Assembly (NCBI GenBank): GCA_973895155.1
Contig: OZ316896.1
Span: 12,752,549-12,816,548, forward strand
Reading direction: 5' to 3'
Source of the DNA: Marsupella aquatica
Taxonomy: Eukaryota; Plantae; Marchantiophyta
DNA: 64,000 nt
Positions 11,543 to 23,002 of this stretch are shown here, piece after piece. The notes beneath the pieces are model-generated. The model searched no databases. It saw nothing but the letters and a program-made list of their open reading frames with translations, and was not told where the DNA came from. A program made the position numbers and the translations under genes. Position 1 is the first letter of the stretch, and every line of letters begins with the position of its first letter.

Positions 11543-14500
11543 TGTGGTGCATCCCATGACTCCCCAAACCCAAGAAACCCCTCTGCACAAGCCGATTCCC
11601 GCAGATTTCATCCTTGGCGAGGCCGTTTCCACGGCTTAGCGGCATGGGACGCTGCTAATCCTCTACTACTACTACTATTAACATTTTACACACATATACT
11701 GGACAGATCCTTCATCAGGTCATGAGATACGTAGTCGGCCTAATCTAGGCCTTCCCTTGTCTTCCCCTCACTTTTCTTAGGTATATTTGGATTCCGCCGC
11801 CGGAATGATCCCCAATTGGCTTGGTTAAGCCGCTAAGACCTCTCTCAGCTTGACACATCCAACTCTCACTCCCTTGCTTGCTTCCCTTCTCTATATTAGT
11901 CGATGTGGGCACTCTTCACACAAGTTAATGCGACACACAAATAGCAAAATGACTCCTTCTGACTGAGTTATACCATGCACTTGCCATACAAACAATACAT
12001 CTCATACACAAGCTCTGCGAACTAAGCCGTGAGGCCAACTCTATTAAGCTCTTAGGCATGAGGAAACATGAATATACACAAGGATCACTGTATAACTAAC
12101 CGAGAGCTTCTCTTACTACTTTATCCCAGCCCTGCTGGTGCAACTAAAAACTTGCTAAAGAAGAGGCCCTTAACTCCCCGCAGCCCAGGTACTTATCCTG
12201 GTTGTGGATCCGCCTGATTCCTTGCAGCGTAAGCCTAATCTACATATCTGTAATCTACCTAACTGTAATCTATCTATGTACAGCGAGGCAGGAGCACAAG
12301 TATCGCCCTTACCCGTGGATCCGCAATCCCACTAATCTAAGTGTCAGGGCTGTCTCCTGGTCCTGATCCTAAGTCTAAACTTGGAGATCAGCGCCCGTCC
12401 TGCCCACTCACGCCTCCTACCTCCATGTTCGCCCTCCCTAAAAGGAATGGTGCCCTTGCACCGTCACGACACCGGTGGCGGATCCTCAATGGACGCCCCT
12501 AATGCTTCCTCCGCAACCACTACCGTTGGTCCGTCCTCTGACAGATTACCTGCCCCGGACCGAGTCAACTCTTCATCGGCCTGACTGGGTCCACCCTCGG
12601 CTTCGGCCTTGGCCACGGCCTCCGATACGGTTATGGCCTTCCCGACATGTTCTAGTGGAGGATCCAGTACCTCGGCTTCATTACTGGTTGTCCCGGCCTC
12701 GGCCTTGCCATCCCCACTTCCTAGGACCGATGGATCCACCGTAGTGTCGATGCCGGAGGTTGGTGCCGTGTTTACCTTCTCGGTCACAACGGCTTGAGAA
12801 GCCGTATAACTCCCAGACCTAGAAGGTTTTCGCTTCTTCTTCTTCCCTATTTCGACAGCTGGTTCCTTTCCCTTGCCACTTACCTCCGGCACCGGGGTGA
12901 GTGTCTCGGCTTGTCCTTCGGCCGGTACTACCCCTGGCAACTGGGTTGCCCCAATTGGAGTTGGACCTGATGAAGCCAAGCACTTAAATATTGCGGCTTG
13001 TTTCTTTAGCCGCTCTGTTTGGTTGTCGGCCCGCTGCTGTAAGTTCTCCATCTTCCTCGTGCTTTCCTCCAACTCCTCCTGGGTCTCGTCCAGGTCCTTG
13101 CGCGCCTCCTCCAGCTCCTTCTGGGCCTCTTCTAACTCAATCCGGGCTTCTTGCAATTCTTTCCCTAAGGTAGCCCTCTCTTCCTGCGTTGCTCTTAGCT
13201 CCTTGTCGAGCTCCTTCACGACTTCAGACTCCATCTTATCCATCTTGGCATAAGTTTGATCGAGCTGGTCATCTTTCTCCTGCAGGTCGGCCTTGAAGCT
13301 GGCCATCAGGGATGCAAGCTCCTGCTGTAGCGCAATGATCCCTTGATAGGCCTTCCTTAACTCGGCCTCCTTTTTCTCAAGGGCTCCGCGGATATCCTTG
13401 AGTTCCCCCTTTAATGCCCTCTCCCTTCTTTGGGTCTCTGCCATGGCCCGATTGTTGGTTGCTAAGTGGGCCTCCTCTGGGTCCCTTAGCTCCCGCTTCC
13501 ACTTCTCTCTTTCCTTGACTTCGCCGACCAACTCTCCTTGGGTCCGAGTCAGTTTATCTTTGATAATCTGATTGTCAGACTGAGCGGCATCTAATTGCCC
13601 TTGCATGATGTTTAGCTCATGCTGCTTAATCCGCAACTCATCTTGGGCTTTCCTGGCCGCCTGTAGGCCTTCTGCCTTGGCTTCCCTCTCCCTAAGCCGT
13701 CGGATGACCTCGTCCTTCTTGCTTCTCTCCAAAGCCACCGCTTCTTCTAATCGGCGCTTCTCCAACATTTCCCTTTGGAAAAAGGGTCTCTGCTCCAACT
13801 CCTCCCCAAAGATGCTGAGCGCAAGTTCCCCACACATCTCTCCGTACTCCATGGCTCTATCCTTAGGATAGGTGGAGTAAGTAGAAGTCATTGGCATCAA
13901 CCACCGTGGCCTCTGCTCCCAAGCCGCCTTGCGGATCTCTTCAATCGTGGCTATCTGAGGGTTGCTTCTTTTTTTGGCAAATCGCCTGATGTCCTCTGGC
14001 CAATCTCCTCCTGGTAAATCTTCTCCCTAGCCAGGGCTGCCCTCTCTTCCTCCTTGAGTCGCTCCTAAAACTCTTGTGCTATCTGTTTTATGCTGTCGAC
14101 ATCCGGTGGGGGAGACTTGGGGCTGCTCTGCTGGGTGGGGTCCACTCGTGGCTGCCGTGGATGTTTCTCCTAGCACGGTTGCCTTTGTCCACCCCTCCGT
14201 GCTACCCTTTAACTCCCAATGTATGTCGTTGCAGCGATTGATGGCTTCCCGGATGCCGACAATTCTGTTTTTGCAAAACAGAAGGTCATCAAGATGATTG
14301 GCAGTAGGAGTCCACAAAAACTTAGCCTTGATAAGTTCTCCTCCTAAGAAGGCAGACTTTTGCAGCTCCCACAGTCGAGCGAGCTCCTACCATTCTCAAG
14401 CTGCTCTCTCCGATTCTTCATCCTCGTAGGTCCCAATGTACTCAATTGCTTGTTTGAACAAGCATCCCCAAAAATGTGCAGCTTGATTGACGTTGCTCGT

Positions 14501-14929
14501 ACCCTCCTTGAGTTTGATTTCCGGTATCTACTCCTGCCCAGAGTGCTTGCCTAAGCAGCTGATAGCTGGCCTCCCGTAGTCGTCTGCCTAGTTCGCTTGC
14601 AAATGAACCATCATTCTTTGCGAGCGGTCCTTACCCCTCTCCCTGCCTGGTCTTCCCTCCCGTTGGTTACCCCTAGCCGCCGTCACTTAGCGCATCCTAA
14701 CCCTAATCGTGTTCTCACCCCCGACGACCTTACTTTCGGCCTCGGCCCAGGTTCCATAGTCACCCTTAATTGTTTATATTTTCCTTGTTTTGTTTACTAT
14801 ACTAATGTGTTTCCAGGGTACACTCCCGTTTTCCCCACTTAACTGGCCTAGTGATTCCTGGCTAGGCATCACAAGGGCTCACCTTGAGTGCCTAAGCCCC
14901 TCTCTTTGCACTTAGGTCGGAGTCGCACA
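11543..14929 (-). repeat. Putative long (3.4-kb) 5' LTR
   Basis: Termini TGTG...CACA. The 3' boundary is fixed by the PBS. The 5' boundary is inferred from the switch back to Harbinger-like sequence. There is no second copy to confirm it. Confidence 0.5.
12464..13900 (-). CDS. Retroelement accessory ORF: long coiled-coil plus low-complexity tail with a basic KKKKRK motif
   Basis: 478-aa E/K/L-rich heptad ORF. Disrupted upstream frames (14027-14317) suggest it was originally longer. Confidence 0.65.
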   Translation of the reverse strand: MMPMTSTYSTYPKDRAMEYGEMCGELALSIFGEELEQRPFFQREMLEKRRLEEAVALERSKKDEVIRRLREREAKAEGLQAARKAQDELRIKQHELNIMQGQLDAAQSDNQIIKDKLTRTQGELVGEVKEREKWKRELRDPEEAHLATNNRAMAETQRRERALKGELKDIRGALEKKEAELRKAYQGIIALQQELASLMASFKADLQEKDDQLDQTYAKMDKMESEVVKELDKELRATQEERATLGKELQEARIELEEAQKELEEARKDLDETQEELEESTRKMENLQQRADNQTERLKKQAAIFKCLASSGPTPIGATQLPGVVPAEGQAETLTPVPEVSGKGKEPAVEIGKKKKRKPSRSGSYTASQAVVTEKVNTAPTSGIDTTVDPSVLGSGDGKAEAGTTSNEAEVLDPPLEHVGKAITVSEAVAKAEAEGGPSQADEELTRSGAGNLSEDGPTVVVAEEALGASIEDPPPVS

Positions 14930-15100
14930 CCAGGTGAATATGGTAAACATGCTCAGCAATCCAGTCCTACTGTTGATAATACTTTGAGGCCCTCAATTCC
15001 CGATATCAGCCCAATAGATAGGCTGACTGTGTCTGGAAAAGCCATCGCAAAACTTCTTAGAAGGCTGCAGGAACAATTGAACTTAGATGACATCCAGTAA
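14930..15100 (+). pseudogene. Probable C-terminal remainder of the interrupted OB-fold gene
   Basis: An open frame starts right after the LTR boundary (PGEYGKHAQQSSP...KAIAKLLRRLQEQLNLDDIQ*), on the same strand as 7593-8075. Confidence 0.4.
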
Positions 15101-15296
15101 TTATGTTCGTGAATTAGAAGCATTACCTTGGTGCAGAGATTTACTTTATTGAGTACAAGTGATGTCTTCATTCGCAACAATTGTATGCCTGAAAGCAAAA
15201 TATTATGACATGTTGATGTCTCTTTGGACTGGATTATTGGGTACACTTGATCTTTTTGCTCACTGCTTCATGTTTATTGCAAATCTAGGGTTCACC

Positions 15297-16803
15297 ATGC
15301 CACGTGTTTTAGACAGACAAAGGGTGTTGAGGGAAGTGAAGGAGCAACTGTACATGTCCATTCTCATGGACAGCTCAAGTAGTGAGAGTGTTGAGTTTAG
15401 CAGTGACTCAAACTCCTCAACATTGGACCTGTTTAGTGATGCACAAGATACTGTCAGTAAATCAGACCAGGAATATGAAACCTCCCGTGACATTGAGGTT
15501 GGAGGTGACCCATTTGATTTTATGCCAAAGCCTACTGAAATCATGGAATTGTATTTTGTCATGGATAATACTCGGTATTTTGTGGATAAGCCTATGACTA
15601 TTAAGTCTAGGGACTTTGCTGAGAATCTTTTTGAAAACCTCCCACCTAAGCTGTTCAGGCAAATGACGTGCATGGACAAGGACTCTTTCTTTACGCTGGT
15701 GAATATGATTGAATCTCATCCGGTTTTTATAAATGATTCCCCTTATGAGCAGGCTCCAGTTTGCTTGCAGTTGGCAGTCACCTTGGACAGGCTTGGCCAT
15801 GATGGAAATGGGGCTTGCTTGAATCATATGATTCCCACTTGGGGTGTCAGTAATGGGTCGTTGTGCAATTTCACTATCCGATGTTTCAAGGCTTTGGAGG
15901 ACGCTTTGGCTGTGCATTTGCAGTGGCCAGACAAACAGGAACGAGCTCGGATTTCAAATGAATTTGTAGAGAAAGGGTTTCCTGGGTGTGTTGGCCTCAT
16001 CGATGGCACACTTATCCCACTCTCCCAACGCCCAAAGGATTCAGGAGAGTGTTACTTTGATAGAAAGTGTCGATACTCGATCAATGCTCAAGTAGTTTGT
16101 GATGAAAGGCACAAGATCTTGTACCTCTATACTGGTATGGACACTGCCCCTTTCTTATCACTAGCAGCATATATAGTCAAAATTTGCTATTTAGTTAAGT
16201 GGCCAAGCTTTGTCACTACTCACTTGGTGTTGTTGGTGAGCAGGAATGCCTGGATCAGTGTTTGATCTCACTTGCTTGAAACGGAGCAAGTTGTGGAGAA
16301 GATGCAGCGAGAATGGTCAGGACTTGTTTGAGGAGGGGCAATACTTGTTGGGTGATTTTGGATATCAGGCGTCTAAGTATTTTGTTGCAGCCTTCAAGAA
16401 ATATGATACGTTAGTGGACAAGGAGGACTTCAACTTCTGTGTGGCAAAAGCTAGAGTTACAAATGAGCATTGCATAGGTGTTTTAAAAAGTTGTTGGTTC
16501 TCTCTGAAAGAAATTAGAATTCAATTGAAAACCACCAAGGAACACTTGTGGATGGTTAGGTGGATAGGAATTTGTGCACGATTGCACAACTATGTGCTTA
16601 GCAAGAATGATCTCTGGAGTGAGGAGGATGAAGAAATAATCCTTGAAGGGTCCGAGCCTTTGGAGGAGGAAGGTCCTGAACAACAGAGGCCAAATCGTAG
16701 ACGTCGAATTGCAAATCCCAGTTCTCGCTTGCAGGCTGTCATGGCAACTGCCTTAGCATTTCACAGGCAGCCAGGGGGATGTCTGTGGCCTGTTGCAACA
16801 TAG
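15297..16803 (+). CDS. Harbinger/PIF DDE transposase (DDE_Tnp_4/HARBI1-like), 2 exons (15297-16134, 16244-16803), 465 aa
   Basis: Motifs LFRQMTCMDKDSF, QLAVTLDRLGHDGNG, GFPGCVGLIDGT, YSINAQVVCD, YLLGDFGY and NEHCIGVLK. Removing the GT-AG intron 16135-16243 restores YTGMPGSVFD in frame. Confidence 0.93.
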
Positions 16804-17201
16804 GATTTTAGAGTGGGTCATGAATAACATTCAAAGTTAGTGTGTAATGAAAGTGGAATTGTTTTTCATACTCCTGCTTGTGATGCATGCAAATTCTTAA
16901 TTGTTACATGAAATTTTAGTAAAGTGTTTGGTTTAAGACATTCAAGAAAATTTTGCTTGAGCATGTTATGTTTGGAGAAGAATGACAAGAAACACTCAAA
17001 CAGATTTTCTTTAGTGTAGAACGTGTTTTACAATTTAAACACTGTCAACTGTGCCTGCACTAAGCTCGGCACTAAGCTGCATTGACCTGTGCTACAACAA
17101 ACCTCTGAATGTTGCTTCATAAGTTCTGAACAAGTTGATTCATCCTTGGAGGTATACTTCTACATGCCTAAGCACAGATATCCCTAGTACATGCAAGTAC
17201 A

Positions 17202-18800
17202 CTAATCCTCAACGAGAGCCATGAGAGCTTTAATCTGCTCATTAGTCTTGTTACTTCGAGACAACTCAATCAACATCTGAGACCTTCTCTCTGCTCTTCC
17301 CATCTGCCACTGGTGGTAGCAATCAAGGCAGGCCTTCTTCTCAGCATTAGATGCACTTTCGTTCTCCATGTGCAGTTGATGCTTCCGCATTAACCTGTCT
17401 CGTTTTGCTGCTTCTGCTAATGAGTAAAGTCGAGCTTGCTTCTTCTCATCTAGCTCAATCATCTTCCACTTCTCCCAGGTTTGGAGGAGCTCCTTCTTGT
17501 AGTCAGCCTTCTGTAAGAGCCTCTCAGCATATATCTGTGCAACATTGGGCTTTGGAGGTGCAGGCTGCTTGTCGTCAACTTTCTTTGGTGGTGTCTTCTT
17601 AGTTGGTTGGTTCTCCTTGTTAGCCAATCCCACATTTGGTTGTCTGGGAGTTGCTTTAGTCCCCACAGGTGTGACAGGTGGTGTTCCCGTGTGTGCTGGC
17701 ATACCTCCAAAAGAACCACTAACACTGTCCTTGGGTGGACCAAAGTTGGGGAGAATTTCGCCCAGTCCCAGGAATCTGTGGACTGTTAGCACTACCAGGG
17801 AAATTAGAAGCTGAATCATGGGGGACATGCCCCGTGCCAATGTCCATGAGGTCCTCCTCCCAGAATTCAGGAGAATTGAATTCCAGTCCATCATCAACAC
17901 CTGCCGGTCCCTCTACATTCAATTCAGAACAAACATAAAATCAGGCAAATTCAGTCTATCAAATGAGATCCATTCAAGAAGAAGCAGCAAAACTTTTGTA
18001 GAAATCGTACCTGTGAGGATGATGGTAGGCGAGTGAGGAACAGGCGCAGCATCAGGAAGGTTGGATACATCTTCATGTGGATCATGACTAGTGAATTCAT
18101 CCTCGTCTATCCCGAAATCTCCAATACCTTGAGGTGCCACATTGGGCCGGCTTCCAAAGAGAGCATGCATCCTCTCGAAATGAGGACACATCCTCTCGAG
18201 CTTGTCCTCCAGAGTCAGGCCAGCCACAAAATCTTCCTCTGTTAGACCACCTCCGCTTGACATTTTCAATTCACAAGCTTCCTTGTACTTAGCAACATAC
18301 CTTGCAAATCGTTTGTTCAGATTAGGCCCGCTAATGTTCCTCGGGAAGTTATGTGCCTGCAAGACAACAAGCATTTGTTTAAAAATCGTAGCCCTGCTCA
18401 TCGGACGCCCCTGGATTTTTGTCTTTCCACCACCATGGATGAGGTTGAAGTTGTCCGGGTTCTCCAGCCAGTCAACAATCAATCCATAGTCAGAATGTTT
18501 CAGCCTGAACTTCTCTCCACCTCCAACACCACTTGTGCCAACAACACCTACAACATTTCCTGGGAGCCATGTCTGCAACGTTTGTTGTAGCTGCACCGAC
18601 AATGACAAAATCGATTCCGGAGAGAGCAGCGACTTCGACAGTGCAAGTATCGACTCTGGGTATTGACTCTCCAGACTGCAATTGAAGTTTAAGATTTTCT
18701 GGTAGAATGAGCAATGGGATACCCAATCTGCCCCATCCTCTTATCAGATCTTCCAACAGAGCCTCCTGTCCATGTTTGAATTTCCTGGGCGCCATTCGAA
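17202..18800 (-). pseudogene. Myb/SANT-like DNA-binding partner gene of the Harbinger (start uncertain; apparent frameshift near 17750)
   Basis: Domain LIVDWLENPDNF...RYVAKYKEA...SGGGLTEED...CPHFERMHALFGSRPNVAP; GT-AG intron 18010-17913; acidic/Pro-rich linker; C-terminal helical coiled-coil. Convergent with the transposase. Confidence 0.8.
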
Positions 18801-21800
18801 GGACCTCGCAAATCTGCATTGATGTTGATTGCAAAAACAACACTAAATTTTAGGAGGATTTCGAGTTCAAATGTCGGGAATTCCTCGCGAGCTATCGTGG
18901 ACGCTTTTTCTGCCTCGCCGTTGCGGACATTTTGGCAAAATTCATCCAGGTTTGAGCGGGCCAATTCCCGTAACATGGGCCTCAAGAGACGGATCAAACC
19001 CAGGCCCCCCTCTTTGTTCCAAACCCATTAGACATGGTCGAAACTGGAGTTAAAGCCAAAACTGCTTTCCCGTAACTTGGGTCACGGCCCTTAGGTCTGA
19101 GACGCCCTATTGACTATTCTCAGAAGGGTAGAGGCTCTGACTTGAATTTAGAGCCTTGAGACAAATTCCTCTTGCGCTCCCTTTTATAGGTTTTGACTTG
19201 GTAGTGGAGCGAGTGGTGAAGTGCTCAAGCATTCACTATTCTTAGGAAGAGAGGGTCTTGACTTTAGAGCCTCTAGGCAAATTCTTTTTGTTGATTTATG
19301 TAGTTTTTACTTCAGAGCTTTACCAAGCTCTTCAATTTATTGCTCTACAAGGTTTTAGTTCCTTGGTTATATTGGGGGACTTGCAGGCATTTTGGCTCTT
19401 TGGTCTCCTTTCCCTTCTTTGCTCCCCTTTATTGGGTGGGCCATTAAGGTACGGTGTCTACCTATCCTATGGCAAGCAATGGGCCCAAGGAAATGCTATT
19501 GTGGAATGTTTATTTTGTAAAAGTTTAGACCACACGTGAGGTGGTCCAAACATTTCCAAACTATGGCTCTCTCATAGAAGAGATATGCATTCACAACTTT
19601 TATTATAAGGACATTGCCACTAAAGTTGTGCTTAATTACAATACCGTCACTGCTTTTTATATCTGTAATACTGCCAAGCTAGACAAGGGTTGACCAGAGG
19701 TCAAATTCTATCCCGTATGATGCCTGCATTAGGTTAGGGTATGTTCAGTAGGCACTGTCCGTCACAAATAATTCTCAAGTTCTCAGAGGGGTTGGCTCAA
19801 GAGCAATCCCTTAGGGTCTATTACACACTTACAACCTTGACCTCTCTTGCTTATGGAGGAAGATGGAGTCCTGCAATTAACGCTAAGAGTACATGGACTT
19901 AGGGGACACTTCCCTTGTTCTTATCATTTCAAATATGACTGCCACCATATGATCAATGAATTGGGGGCCTTTTCTCTTTGCATAACACAAAAAATGAAAA
20001 TGTTTAATTGTGGGAAATGACCAAACTTTCTTTACTGACCTCATAGAAGTGCTTTTCAAATTCCCTGGCTCCATGTGTCATCACGTCAACATTTTTTTCA
20101 CAAACAGGGATGCCTATGTTTGCAGCAATACGCAAACACTACCATGTGTATTTGCCTTGGGGTCACCAAAAGTGGATAGACCCATGACATGCCCCTAATA
20201 ACAAACAAAAGGGTAGAAACATTATTTTGCACAAACAAACCATCAAATATATGAGATCGATGGATGAGATCAGATGTTAATGATGAATGGTGATGGTGCA
20301 CATTAAACTAACTGTACTTTAACTTTGTCAAATGTTCTTTTGAGTTTTCATGGTGTTGCTTCTGTGCTACTGGGGTACATCATCATCCTAAGTCGCATCA
20401 AAAGAGTTTTCCAGCCATAACTTTGTTGTCTTAAGTCCGTTTGGGATAAGATGGGGCCTAAGATTTTTATGGTGCTGCCTAGCTTGGCAACCTATTCACT
20501 ATATAGCTTGGAAGAAAAATAGACTTTCTAAGACTTTCCAATGACCCTCATCAAAATAATCACTCAGATGAAAAGGGAGAAGAAAAAGAAAACTTGGGAA
20601 AAGGGGACCGAGGAAAAAAGAAATGAAGCACTGCTAATGAAAATAAATGTTTTGGTGGATTCATTTGTATCCCCACATAATTAATTGAGGGTAGGTTGAA
20701 TGGATCACTATTGAAAAGCTGTGTAAGAGGCAAACACCAACACACATCTTTCATATAGTGCGATGTACTAACACCACACTGAGTTAATTAGTGCAAAATG
20801 AGTCATCACTGGACTCAATAAAGGATGAGAAAATACCTGGGTTGATTGTATATAATGAGCTCCATGTAAGTGTTATGACACCTTTTTCAATGGCAAACCC
20901 TTGCCACGGCCATTGTTAGCTGTTAAGTAATATGTTTAGATAATATTCAGTATTCCAAAAGTAATCACCACAAGTCCAACAAACGCTCCACAAACTACTT
21001 CATATTAATTTGTGGCCATTTTCTTTCAAAACCACCAGGATCCTATTTGCATGATCTATATGTGAAATGTTAGTACCTTAGTTATCTACACAATTCACTT
21101 TATTCAGTGTTACACACTAAAATCTACAAAAAATGTCCAACACACGGGATGGGTGAGAGTGCTCTCATCTCATTCAAATTGGGCTAGAAGGAGTATTATT
21201 TTACTCATTTCAGATATCAGAGTACTGTCACAGAACACACTATACAGATATGCTTGGACCTCACCCCCCAATTGGGGAACTCTCGGAATGACAGGATTGG
21301 ACGGCCATGAGGCTGGGAAGGGCTTGGGACGTAGTTCCATGTGGGTCCAAAAAGTCCCTCATGACGGTCTCACGTGTGTTCTGTGGGGCTAGGGCCACCA
21401 CAATGCAGTACCAATAGGGGGTCTCAATTATGAGACTGTGGGTTTCCAAAATGGGACCAGGCTAACGTCCGCTACATGGACTCCAGGCACCACATATGGA
21501 CCCTGGGGGGGGGGGGGGGGGGCATATTATTTGAAACCATCCGCGCCCAATCTATTCAGCCCACAAGCATCTTCTCTGTGTTTTCCCTGCGACATGTTTG
21601 CAAATAAACACTGAGCCAAAACAGTCATGGAACTCCTGTACCAGAAGTGTGACAACCACAGTTTTGGCTGTCCGCACACTGGTAGACATCTGTTTGGAGG
21701 CGTTACCGGGCAGCCCGTATGGGCCTCCGGGTCCAGAAGTGAGACCCCCTAATACAAGGTGCTTGCGACCATATGCGGTCCCTGCTTCTGAGACAATGCT

Positions 21801-23002
21801 CAATCGTTTTGAAACTCCCTTCCCTCTGCAGGCAAACTGTGTTGGTGGGGTCCTTGCAGCAAAGAACAGGGCACTAACAACATTAAGCTTCTTTCTTGCT
21901 TCCGTAATTCCTGTCAGGAAGAAGGTTACCGGTGTGTAACCTTTTCTACTAGGTACTACCATTTTCATAACCCTGTGCGTGGAAAGTCTTACCTGGTAGT
22001 CATTTTTCCGGGCAGGTATTCCATATGATAATGACTATTTGGGCTGGGGTTCTAGTCTGAACCTGTTCCACAAAGCTTAGAAAAACTTCCCGGCTGCCAC
22101 ATGAAGCCGTCACGAAGATTACCCTATACATCTTTCAGCGTCAGTGTTTTCTTTTTCTTCGGTCATCTCCTTCTACCGCCGGTCAGCATTTCCTCACTTT
22201 CTGGTCACAGGTTACTATCTACATAGTAACCCCAGACCAAACCATGATTACATCTTTTCAGTCTCAGTGTTTTCTTTTTCTTTGGTCATCTCCTTCAACT
22301 TCTTCGTCTTCTTCCTCTTCAGTCCTTTCCTGAGCTTCTTTTCTCCTCCTTTGTCCTCCCTCGTCTCCTTCAGTTTCTTCAGTTTCTTCGTTTTCTTCTT
22401 TCTTCCGTCCTCTCCTGTACTCCTTCTTCTTCCTAGTCCCTCGTCTCCTTCAGCTGTTTCTACAGTCTTCCCTCCGTCGATTGTCAGTCGTTTCTACAGT
22501 CGTCGCTCCGTCGATCGTCTACTCTTCAGCTTCAGCTGCCTCTTCTTTCTTCCGTCGACTCCATGAGCTTCAGCTTGAGCTCCTTCTTCTGCTTCTTCTT
22601 TCTGAGCTTCTTCAGCTTGAGCTCCTTCTTCTTCTTCGTCTTCTTTCTCTTTGCAGTCTTCCTTCCTGCGACTGTTGACTGTACTACTTCTAACTACTGT
22701 AGTATTTCGTTCAGCTTCATGTTCTTCTTGTTCTGTGTTGCGTCGAGTCTTTACTGCTTCGATTGTTAGACGAAGGAGAGTTTTTTCGATTCTCGGCAGC
22801 GTCTCGCGGAAGCTCGAGGGGAGTAAGAAGTCTGCTCGTTATCGTGTTGTGGTTGTTTGGGCGGAGCGAGGTGGAGGCGGGAGAGGACAGGAGTGGAGCT
22901 AAGGGACAAGGGTGGGAGAGCATCGAGCATAGCACAGAGGAGAGAGCGGAGCGGAGGTGGTGGAGGGGACAAGCAGTGGATGAGGGAGGGCAGGCGACGG
23001 GT

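Larger units (their letters stand above)
8050..14929 (-). mobile_element. Truncated Ty3/Gypsy (Tat-like) LTR retrotransposon nested in the Harbinger
   Basis: Putative 5' LTR 14929-11543, PBS, gag, zinc knuckles and aspartic protease. The sequence ends at the pre-RT motif LNLGRDLAPKLEKEISELLIEF. RT, RNase H, integrase and the 3' LTR are absent. Confidence 0.85.
6944..19108. mobile_element. PIF/Harbinger-superfamily (PHIS) DNA transposon with ATT TSD (Pangu-like), containing a nested Gypsy element
   Basis: Perfect 17-bp TIRs AGGGCGTCTCAGACCTA (6944-6960) and TAGGTCTGAGACGCCCT (19092-19108). ATT lies on both sides (6941-6943, 19109-19111). Encodes a DDE transposase and a Myb-like partner. Confidence 0.93.
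6810..19290. repeat. Degenerate tandem repeat (unit about 110-125 bp) split by the Harbinger insertion; parts at about 6810-6943 and 19112-19290
   Basis: Motifs ggtggtggagggctga..att[c/g]actattct and agacaaattcctct..ccttttatag recur on both sides of the element. Confidence 0.75.

Noticed and set aside
15159-16265. 368-aa ORF as the complete transposase
   Set aside because: It begins at a non-ATG start upstream of the likely ATG (15297) and runs into the intron; the remaining catalytic motifs are in exon 2.
19880-20760. Short - strand ORFs as a MULE or other gene
   Set aside because: No recognisable motif; probably decayed repeat sequence.
22144-22769. Phe/Ser/Leu-rich membrane-protein-like ORFs
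   Set aside because: An artefact of CT-rich low-complexity sequence.
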